From: Trichoplax adhaerens
Lineage: Eukaryota; Animalia; Placozoa
Assembly (NCBI RefSeq): GCF_000150275.1
Contig: NW_002060943.1
Coordinates: 8,513,982-8,577,981 of the forward strand
Reading direction: 5' to 3'
DNA length: 64,000 nucleotides
A program made the position numbers and the translations under genes. The number at the start of each line of letters is the position of its first letter. The first letter of the stretch is position 1. The notes under the pieces are model-generated. The model worked only from the letters and a program-made list of their open reading frames with translations, was not told where the DNA came from and made no database searches. Of this stretch, positions 26,001 through 37,038 are shown one piece after another.

Positions 26001-29000
26001 ACCGTCAGTTGTGTCAATAGAATCAGTTTAATTGTCGCTATGCCGCCGCAGAAAAATCCTAATACCGCCAACAAACTTTGTATTGAATGAGTCCAGAAAG
26101 CAGTAAATGTCATCCTCCACGATGAAGCCTATCAAAAGTTTGCGAGGTATGAATCAATTGTTTTAATTATAAATGATTGCATTCAGGGTTAAAAGCAGCA
26201 GTGCATATTTACTTTTCTTTTAGTATAAGGACATAAAATTCATAATTACTGTATGGCATTTCGTATAAAATTTAGATAAGTCAAGTTTTTTAGATTCTAC
26301 ACTAAATAGAATAGCGTAATGCTGTATACCAAAGAATTATAATTCACAAGTAAGTAATTATGAAACCTCTAAAATACAGACTATATGAATTGCATGAAAG
26401 AGATAGTCAGGATTTAGTGTTAAATATAATAAAGTAAAATATACGTATTATTATTCTAGATTTTTATACCTGGTTTTCAGCAATTGCATGATGTAAGCGT
26501 TTAATCTCAGAATCTTCACTGCAATTTAGTTGCACCTAATGGATTTTATTATTCATCGAGAATTGCCACATTAACGAGTTAGTTAAAAGCTAAGTTACCA
26601 GAGTATAACCAGTATGCTTATTACTAGTCTGTGTTATTTAAAATATATTCTTTGACTTACTGTTTCATAGTTTGTCATTAGATGAATGGCTATCGATTTC
26701 TGTTGATGATTATGTTTAACAGTTTCCTGATATTGTTTGCTATAATAGATATTTCCAACCCTGACAGAAACTATATAAAATGTATCATTAGAAGTTGATG
26801 GTAGTAAGCTGCTCTTGTAATTTGAGAACGTTTGAGGTTAAATAGGAGACTCTACTCTTTTAAGGATTACATCATGAACAATTAAAAAAAGAAGAAGTTT
26901 CAATAGGTATTGGCTCACCATAATATAGTAAAATAAAATATATTAAAGTACAACCAATCCAGGCATTTATTGTCGTAGAAATAAATAAGACCATAAGTAT
27001 AATATCACAAATCGTCGGAACAATAAAAAAACAAAATTGCCTATAAAAGAGAATGCTTTGATTTAGTATTTATAGTATTCGAAATCCAATCTAGTTAAAA
27101 ATATTGAACTACATCTGATCTGTGCATAATAACATGACGCAGCTGTTATGGTATACTAATTTTAAACGAATTAAATAGATCTAGCTATGAGTTTAGTGGT
27201 GTATAATCACGTACTCCAGTACATCAAATATACTATTAAGCCCATAAATGATATCCGCTGCCTTGCTTGCTAATTCTCGATTGCTTAAATTAATGAACCA
27301 ATAATAAGATTGCCTAAATAGTACAACAGTTCATTCAGTTAATTTTTATAGATCCACAAGTCAAGAATAAATCTTTGTGAGCTCTCTTAATTAGAGTTGC
27401 AGCCTGTTAAAATATAGCTAAGTTATATTATGAATAGCAACTTACTGTTGGACACAACTGAATATTTGCACTTGAGTTGACATTAAAACGGAATGCCTTA
27501 ACTTAGTCCAGCATAATATTCGTATATTTGTTATTAATCCAACTCTTCCTAAACAGTATTATATCAAAGAATCAAAGTAGAATGCATATTAAATTTAATT
27601 GCTTTTACCGATCTGATTTCATAGTATTACAAGTTATAAACAATTATCAATAGAAATGGTATCTATTGAATGGATGTTATACGATTAAGAACAGTAGATA
27701 TTAAATTTTCATTGGTATATTTGCTAGCAATACTTTAATAATCTGGACCATCTGTTTCTACTTACCATCACTACCGTTAAGAAGGAATTTACACGTCGCT
27801 AAAATAGCCATGTATTTAATTAAAATTTGCGCTTTACTGGAATCTATTACGCTATCCACTAGATCGATAAGATTTTACAAGAATAAAGTTAGTGATGATT
27901 GCAGATGTAATTGAGTAGATATAATCAATTTATATCATTTTCATTACTTGTTATTAGAATACTTAAAATCGATAAACAACAGATCAGTATAAATATATGA
28001 TCATAAGCTAGCTCTAACTGAAAGAATTACCAATAAGTTTAACATATATCATGGCTAAAAGATTAATTGCTCGCTCCAACAGAACCAAAATAATACACAT
28101 CATGATGTATACATAGCTCCTACAAAGAAGAATATTAGACATGAAGGGGTTAGTGTGATTAGATTTGCAACTCTAGTATTACTAAAAATAGGAGTTCATC
28201 ATAGTAGGTTCTGTTCTCATAATAATCTATTGCAAATTAATTATAACGTACGAAAATAGCCTTGGATACCAAAATTTAAGCACATTTTGGATACGGTGGT
28301 TTAACGATTCTTGCTGTTGATTTGTTTCCAGCTCTTCATGCTAAGAATTAAAGAGGTAAAATGAATATCACATATTTGCTTTACAATTAGTCGATCATAA
28401 GATATTTTATTCTAACGGCTTAGTCCATGTCCATTGATTCTATCCATTTCATTAATAGTATGCCTTATTAACGAAAATATAGTGTTGTAATACACCAATT
28501 ACTCAACTTAGCATGCAGTAAAATTATTGTACGTCATGAATGCCATAATTAGATGATTAAATATAACAAAGTATCATTATAATAAGGATTTCAAACAACG
28601 CAAAGCAGAGGTATCACAAGATTGCTGACGTAATAGTGTATGTTAATTTCATGCTTGTTTCTCATATACAGTAGTAAGATTTACTACGCTATCAAAAATT
28701 TTTATGATCCGCAATACTAGTCATGCATATTATTCAGTATGAACAGTTATTACCCTTCATGGCTGATAAATAATTATATACTTACTGTGCTATACAACTT
28801 AGCTGATCTTATTGTGTTCTACAATTAATGGCAGTATTTCTACATCGATACAGTCGAAATTTAAAGTAATTATTATGAAACAATATCGATATATTACCTT
28901 ATTCAGCTTTGTAATAAAATGGAACAGAACAACGCGTATTATATATCTGAATTTGACTGCTTCTCATCATTGATATATTAGATCGGAAAAATAGCTAATC

Positions 29001-32000
29001 AAATACCGAAATTGAACACTATTATATTACTTACTAATAGAGGATAATTCTGGTCTTGTAAATTAATGGAGTTGTAATCAAAAGATTTTCTTTGTCGAAA
29101 TAATAATATACTATGATATATCAATGGTAGTAAGGCAAGTAGAGTAGCTATGTAGCGGATAGCAAAACAAATAGCCAATGCTACTTTGCCTAAAGATAAA
29201 AATGGTAATAAAATAAAGTCACTCAGCCTAAAAATTTTAATATTAGAAGATTTATGTTAGGATATTATTTAATACAGCCCATCATTATAATCTTCTATGA
29301 AAGAAAGTCTACTTTATATCGTATCATGCTAAGTTCCTACCTTCGCTATTGAATTGCCACCACCATTCCGAAATATCATTGAGCGTAAAGTAGCAAGTAT
29401 CAACGGTCAGTACGGCTATAACGAAGATGAGGAAAGGTAATACTTGCAAGCAATGATGCATTCTTGGTCGTGCTCTTCGGTAAGCCTGCCAGATAATTAG
29501 CCATCCTAAGCTTGTACATGCCACATTAACTGCAACATAATCAGCTGGCAATTGTCTGTCATCTAGGTTAACGATAACAAAGTAATATTTCTAACTGGAC
29601 GGAAATAAATTTATGCCCATTATCGAGATATGAAACAGATAAAAGCCTTTCTAAATATAACAAAGTTAATTCTCTTCGTCAAAGTAGTAAGATATCATAA
29701 TATTTCGGATATAAGAAGTAAATATATCAGTTGTTCAAGTTAACATCCATAATATATAATTAATTGAAATGTAAGACTATCAAATTTACCGATAAATTTT
29801 ATTTTCTTGCTATGTTACTGTACTATCGTTTTTAGCAATAACAACGTCGTAAAAATTATCGTTGTATGAAACATCAGGTAAATCTTGACACTTTCCGCTA
29901 CATCATTTTATAGAATCGTTCAATATTGTTCATCTATAAAATGTACACATCCAAAATCCTAGCTATACCGGCTGTATCAGTTATGACCTGATTATATATT
30001 TCCAGTAAATGGATATCAAAATCAGGGGGATTAAGTTCTAATCATTTGATAATTAATATCTCATATACTAAGTCGCTAAAATTTACATGAAACAGTAATC
30101 CACTAGTATTGTGCCTTTACGCTGCATTCCAGTTGGCTTAATTGTTATTTATTGAGCAGAGTATCGTAAATGCAGGTAGCATATAATAAAGACATATAAA
30201 CTAGAATATTACCCTCAAGAAGTAGTTTAAATTGTTATTTTTATAATACGGAATCCTCTGCTTATTATAATAATTAGTAATAAGTACTGTGTCCAAGATA
30301 AACTGTAATTTAATAAAGTTGCCAGATGTTATAATTTTGTTATATCTTTACTTAGGTCCTTAGAAAATAGATTGTCTTTTTTCGAGAAACTTTTTTGTTA
30401 AAAAGAAAGGATGATCCTAAACCAAATCTTATAACTTCAAGTTAATAACCTTACTGGCATCCTAAGTAAGTGACTACCGTATTCTGTCATTCTGTAAGTA
30501 AGCATAATTTATTCCTTCAATTGATAGCACTAAAGTATGGATTAACATTTTAGATTGTGAAGGGTATCAATGCAGATAGTTGGGTGTCCTTATTAGTCTT
30601 CGTAGGAATTAAAGATGCAACTTTTGATCAATTTCTATATTCTCAACATCATATTTTACGGCATAACAGATTACTTCAACATTTCTAGTGTAACTATCAT
30701 CTTGATTGATCGATTGATAGCTATAGGGACAGATCTTGAGTAACGATATCGGTGACATTTCATCTTACGCTAATTTTTTATACTCTCTAGAAGGGGATAA
30801 TCAAATCATTAAATATCTTAAAACTTATATTAATGTCTTATAATTAGGTTAGGAGAGTTACTACCTCCTACAGTAGCTACTTTGGTCAAGACCACTCTTA
30901 ACTCATGAGATTAGCAATAATATTCATTATTGCCTTTCTAAAATATGGCCTACATTAAAGAATTAAGTCGCCTGGTAGTATTGTAAAAATTACTTTTAGC
31001 CTGGATTCGTTTTTGGCATGAACGGCTATCCTCTTAAAAGGTAGTTACGAAAGGGTTAAGATTATTATTCTTTCTTTTTGTCAGCCTGTTGTTGAATTGA
31101 ATCTACTTGAATATCATGATCACTATGAGACTGTAGCTATTAAACATGCATTTCGTTACTTACGATCATACAATAGTTTTAAAAATAAATGTATATTCAT
31201 AAATGATACAAGCGCTACCTAATACCAAGATTTATAGGGCAACGATAAGGAAAATCCTAAACTTGAACGCAATTCATAATTAACCTAATATTTATCATTC
31301 ATTTTTATGTAAGACACTACCCGCCCTAAAAGGTAATTTATCGGAAGTTCTTTCTGATTGCAAAAACAAGCATCGTTGAGAAAGATATAAACTTGATAGC
31401 AAGATCATTGTCACGGTAGTCAATTCTGCCACTGCTGAAAATAAATTGACAGCAATCGAATTACTTTCCACCATAGAATAAAACAGAGATCGCCACTGTC
31501 AAAAGTTACTGTTTAGAGGGGCTTGTCAGTATTTTCATTTCTAAGGATATATATCGACGTGGCGGAAAATTTTGTTTATCATGCATGTATCGGCAGATTC
31601 GATGCTCTGTTTCTGTTATGAAAGCCATTACTAATAGACTAAGATTATGGTAGTAAGACATTTGATGAAAAAGCAACTGTAATTGATAAAGTAAATAGTA
31701 GTGAATACAATTTCTGCATTGCAAGATTATTAACTGAGAAAGATTGACAGTCAAAAAGAAGGTTCGTACAGCAAGCGGACAATACAATATAATAATCCAT
31801 TCCAAATTGTTCTGCTGTCATGTAAACCTTTAAAATACGGTAGTCAAGTTAATAAGTCATTCGGCGTTATTCTTAGGCCAATGACTTTAGTTTGCAACTT
31901 ACCGGTAAAGATAGACAAAATGGTTGAAACGAACCAAGTTAACAAGATAAGTATACCAATAGCAAGAAAAATTTGGTTACATAATCGGATTGCTTTTATT

Positions 32001-32212
32001 TGCTGTCTTTGTTGTTGATTCGTTCTATTCGGCCAACAAGCTGAAAAGTAACTTTGAATTAAGACAATCAAGGCAGAAAGTAATAATAAACCAGCGGCAG
32101 TAAAAGTTTGATAGTAGCACAAAGTTAAAAGTTCTTTTAGTGAAATAGTTAGCGATAATCCATTATATCCAGTACAAAATGGATAAGTTTTGTTAAGTTG
32201 AGTGGTAGACAT
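23027..32212 (-). CDS. Divergent ABCB6-like half-transporter with degenerate nucleotide-binding domain, about 23 exons, open reading frame
   Basis: Exon-by-exon colinear with the neighbouring ABCB6: TMD0 (YPFC...TLCYY; LPADY; WWWQ), LERAINLL, IVPTICDII...NAWIG, MTNYETVQ, VGDLVLF, ENVSLQV..QTLALVGSPTSGKD, IGYIPKE, GYDTLIG...KIAIARVILKDPEIVLIED, ERTVVISTNRL...DNIVVIKDGK..EGRH. ATG 32212, TAG 23027-23029. I found no internal stop or phase conflict. Confidence 0.9.
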
Positions 32213-34229
32213 ATTGATAGGTGATACTTTCCGATTTATTGACACGCGTTTTGACGCTTAATATTTAACAGATCGGCTATTATGATCCGGCATAATTCTG
32301 GTAATTGTATTATTGAGTCAAAATTGTCAATTGATCTACAGGAATATGTCCTGATTTATCCTTGAATAATAGGCAATTTGTATAATGTATTGTGATAATG
32401 CTTTTGAATATCACAAGTTCTAGACGAATAAGATAGATTGATGCCATCATCATGAATGTGATTATTACCTTGGACAATATAATGGCTTAATTTTGTATTG
32501 AGGCTATTATTAGATAAAGTAGCAGGATGCTATGGCTTGATCCAATCACGCATTGTCCAGTGAGAACATTTAATAGCACCATACTTGAAAATAGTTTAGT
32601 TTCAACATTGTTATGACATAAAAGTAAAATGACTTTTTTTAGAAAGAGGAATAGCCTGGTTCATATTGTTTATCGAATTGATTTTGAATAGTATCAACAT
32701 CGAATCAGTCAATCCTTTGCAGCGATGCATCGATGATTATAAATGCTGATTTGGATATCCTGATTTTAATATTTGATAAAGTACATAGCGTACAATAATA
32801 CTAAATTAGATGAAATTGACAATCTTGACACAGATTTCATACTTTATAGTCGTGCTTTTATTGGTTTTTAGTGAATAAATTATGAATAGTCAATAGTACA
32901 ATTTCATAAAATTCTTGGATTTCCATCGATAGGCAATGAAAAATGGCTTAAAATCTTCTTAATAGTGCCAGTAGTAGTTTTAGGAAACTATTAATAACTA
33001 AATATTTTTTGAGTATCATATTAAATTCCATTTCATGATGTAGCACCATTTAAACTGTATCAAAGATGGAGAAAACGATTTGGAAGTTAACGATTTAGAT
33101 CAATTTAGTGGCCATAAGCTACCGTACTTATTCTTCATAACGACTGTAATCGTACATTATTTAACAGCAATTGTAGTTCGATATTTCAAGTCAAATTTTT
33201 TATTTAAACAAGTTAAATATCCTTGAAACTTCAATCTGATATCGCAAGACCATTATTATTGATTGGTATAAGATTGTTAATTTTATAGCAATAATTCTAA
33301 TACGGAGATTAAATACTTTGAAGTCGAAGGTTTCGTACTAAAATTGAGTACATATCATTTGATCGGCTCTTTAAAGCTACTTTTACGTCTCATTGGCGTG
33401 GAGTGTGAAACCGCTTAAAATTTAATTTATAAAGCAGCATATTGTAGTTGGTCATAGAGTCTATTTGCAATAAATCTTATTTCAAATTGTACAGTATACT
33501 GATTAAGCTAATATTTCTTGATTGTGGGAGAAAGGTCTTGAAATTTAGCATTTCTTTGCATGTTGACAGAGTTTGGATATTGTAGCTAACAAGAGGAGTG
33601 ACATACCAATATTCTTTGTATCTTATCCGTTTAACATCTTACAAAACTTTACATTGCGATCTACGATAGCAATTTTGATATAGAAGTAGGATAATTGATA
33701 ATCTTAATCCAATAGATTAAGATGCTATCACAGAATGAATTCAATTTCATAAGGCTACTCTAAAATATCAGCTGATATAAGACGCAAAGCTGATATATTC
33801 TAATGCAATTGGCAATTCTGACATATTGTGCAAATGTGTTTTTTGTAATTTACAGTTGTAGTTTAGGCATAAGATTTATACGAATATCATCACAACATCA
33901 TTTCCGTTTCTTTGGCCTGCACAAATTTTGAGTACTGTTATCGCTATATATAATGAAGATCTGTATATTATGCTACAGCGATTTTGACATAAATACTGGG
34001 TACTCTGTAGCGACAATTCTTTATTGCCATCTCATTTTTCGAGCTATTTTGGAGTTAAATCGATTACTTGTGGAATAAAAAATAAACGTACAATATGTAG
34101 CAGTAGTTCTGAAGTAGATTTTATCCATTACTTTCTATTCCTTTATTTTCATTCGAAAACCTGTTTTGACATTGAAATCGATACAGATTAAAAAATAAAT
34201 GCATCTAGTAGTAATTCTGAGTTAAATAT

Positions 34230-35275
34230 TGCAGTACGCATTATACTAAATATTAATTTTATTTCATTAGCAGATTAAATGCTAGAGAAAAATGAATTGA
34301 ATTTCATGATAGTTTTTACGATTACATTAATACAGATACTGTCTCTTAGATACTAGAAGTACTTAGAACTTGCAATTATGAAGTCAATCTTTACCAAGCC
34401 TACTTCCATTACAATTGATGAATGAGCCAAGGCTGAATGCGTTGTTACATATTATATTTATTTATCATTAATAGTACTTTTATTTCGTTGGCAGATTAAA
34501 TGCTAGAGAAAGGTTAACTCAATTTGGTATAGTTTGTAATTTCATTGATATAGACACTGTCTCTTGGACATTAGAATTGCTTAGAATTTGCAATGATGAG
34601 GTCAATTTTTTTCCAAGCCTACTACAATTGTACTTAGTCTATGAATTTAGACTGGATATGATATTAGTATTATATTTATCCATACTTGATAGTATTTTTA
34701 TTTTGTTTGCAGATTCAACGTTAGAGAAAAGTGTAGTGAATTTGTTATAGTTTTTAGCATTCATTGATATAGACTCTAGAATTGTTTAAAATTTGCAATT
34801 ACGAAGTCAATTTTTACCAGGCCTGCCTCAATTATACTTGGTTCATCAGTCCCAAACTGAATTTGAGGTTACTCATTATATTTAGTGTTATTAGTATTTT
34901 TGTTTCGTTAGTAGATTACATGCTAGAGGAAAGTTAACTAAAGTTGGTATAGTTTTTAGGTTTTATGATTCCATTGATATTGACACGGTCTGTTCCATAG
35001 TAGAATTGCTTAGAATTTGTAATCATACTTGGTCCATCAGCCCCAGACTGAATTTTGAGGTTACGCATTATATTTGCGCTTAATAGTACTTTTATTTCGT
35101 TAGTAGATTAAATGCTATAGAAAAATTCACTAAATTTGGTATAGTTTTTAATTTTTACGATTCCATTGATATTGCTAACATCTATTCCATAGTAGAATTG
35201 CTTAGAATTTGTAATTATGAGGACAACTTTTACCAAGCCTGCTTCAATTACACTTGGTCTATGAGCTCAGACTGA
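34230..35275. repeat. Diverged tandem array, 5 x about 190-220 bp
   Basis: agattaaatgctagagaaa...tagaattgcttagaatttg...accaagcct recurs at about 34272, 34493, 34711, 34913 and 35105. Confidence 0.9.
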
Positions 35276-36567
35276 TACCTACTGATGCACTTGTGAGTAA
35301 CGATAGTCAATTAGTTTATTGACAGGGATATGCGTATAATCGACGAAGAGCATTCGATCTAGTTTAGAGTTTCATATCAATCAGATAACAAAAATGATCA
35401 ACGAATACAAGTAGCGTAATAATGCAAGGATATTAAGATTAAGTAATAAAATAAATAAATAGAATGCTGAAAGGATTAAAAATCGGTACGGATACACTTG
35501 TGAAATGATACCTATTGCCCCGATCTAGCCATTTTATTGATATTGTCTATGATACGAACATCCAGTTGATACTGAGTAAGTATACTAATAATGTAATTGA
35601 TTATTATACATATATATTACTGATTTTGGGTTAGAAGATGGATTTATTTAGATGAATAATATTACGATTGTTACTATCTTCATCTGTCGCTTAAAGTAGT
35701 TCATTATATGTGGTACATCATTATTATTACATATGCATAATGTAATTTCATATAGCTGTGTTTGGGATTATTATTTGACTTACCATTTTCGATCTATACT
35801 CGTATTTACAATTATCTCCAAAGTTATGGGCGCAATGTTGTGGCATTTTGGGTAGGATAGTATTTGATCTCGTATCAGTAAAGATCATACTTAATAGCTG
35901 GCACTGCAGTGAAAGATATATACAGTACTATGATTGCAGTCATTATGTATGACCAAGGACTACATCAAACTGTTTCAAACTATCTTCTCCCACCAAAATG
36001 ATACTCCACAATTTATGACTCCATTTTTGAAGGAATGAGCGTTGGTGACTATCATAACTATTGGACCAGAGGGAGATTGTTTAGGCGGGGAAATCTGACT
36101 GTCTGGATGCGCCACATTTCCCTGATTGGCTAAAAATATTTGAAAAGATAGAAGAAAGTGCTTCCAGCAATCTATTTGATCGGCCACTTCTCTGATCGAT
36201 AACTGATTACTCTCTTAGCTTTATTGGATGAAGAGGAGGATTTAATAGGCCCCAAGTAGAACATCAATAACTACGTATATTCATTTTTAATTTTTATTAT
36301 CAGAAATGGAATTAGTATGGCAAGGTGTGCCAGTTGGGCTAGTAAGGAGTTGAAACTGTGCCATTCAGTGCAACCGCACCGGGCGCATTCCAATATTGAC
36401 TTTTTACTTATTGTATGAAAATGTGGATGACGCAAGAGTTGTGGTGTTTTCACTTCAGCCACATTGGCAGTTGATTGAATTGCGCATGCTTCAGCCGCTC
36501 CATTGACTACAGATTGTTCACAGTCAGTACCAACCAGCCAATTCATTGTCAACCGTAGTCAGATTTA

Positions 36568-36865
36568 TACAGTACTGTACGTACGCGTACACTACTGTAT
36601 ACTGGGTCATACTGTATAGAAGTAATAATTCGTTTTTTTTTTGAGCTACTTGTGGTACAGGCCTTACAGTACAACCCGTTTACAGTGTACAGTATACAGT
36701 ACTGTACACTGTACAGTACAGTTCTTTACTAGCTTTGATTGAGTCTTTCATACTGTACTGTACTGTATTGTACTGTACAGTACAGTACACTGTAAAACAT
36801 ACCCTACAGTACTTCCTGTACAGTGTACAGTACAGTATATCACCGACTAACAGAAAAGTACAGGG
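36568..36865. repeat. Palindromic TACAG/CTGTA tract upstream of the IgGFc-binding-domain gene
   Basis: 14-bp inverted repeat TACAGTGTACAGTA (36681-36694) / TACTGTACACTGTA (36700-36713), plus (tactg)n followed by (tacag)n. Confidence 0.85.
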
Positions 36866-37038
36866 TATTTTTCTAATAGTCATCAGGGACTGGATACTAC
36901 AAGTGTTTATTTATTTATTATTTTTGTCGTCGTAGTAGACTTTCGTCTTCGTCTTACTAGTGGAAGTGTTGGTTGTTGGGAGAAAATTACTGTCGAGTTT
37001 ATTTCATTGATACTTCAAAATTGGAATTCAACAGCCAA

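Noticed and set aside
28897-28995. Possible extra exon in the ABCB6 paralog containing a stop
   Set aside because: It would need a 40-nt intron and has no counterpart in ABCB6; exons 3 and 4 join in phase 0 without it.
23027-32212. Calling the ABCB6 paralog a pseudogene
   Set aside because: All reconstructed exons are open with compatible phases and canonical splice sites despite heavy amino-acid divergence, which is unlikely under neutral decay.
35975-36552. Two minus-strand ORFs in a GC-richer stretch
   Set aside because: No recognisable domain or splice chain; more likely promoter or 5' UTR sequence.
36680-36935. ORFs rich in YCTV/TVQY
   Set aside because: Translation artefacts of the TACAG/CTGTA tract.
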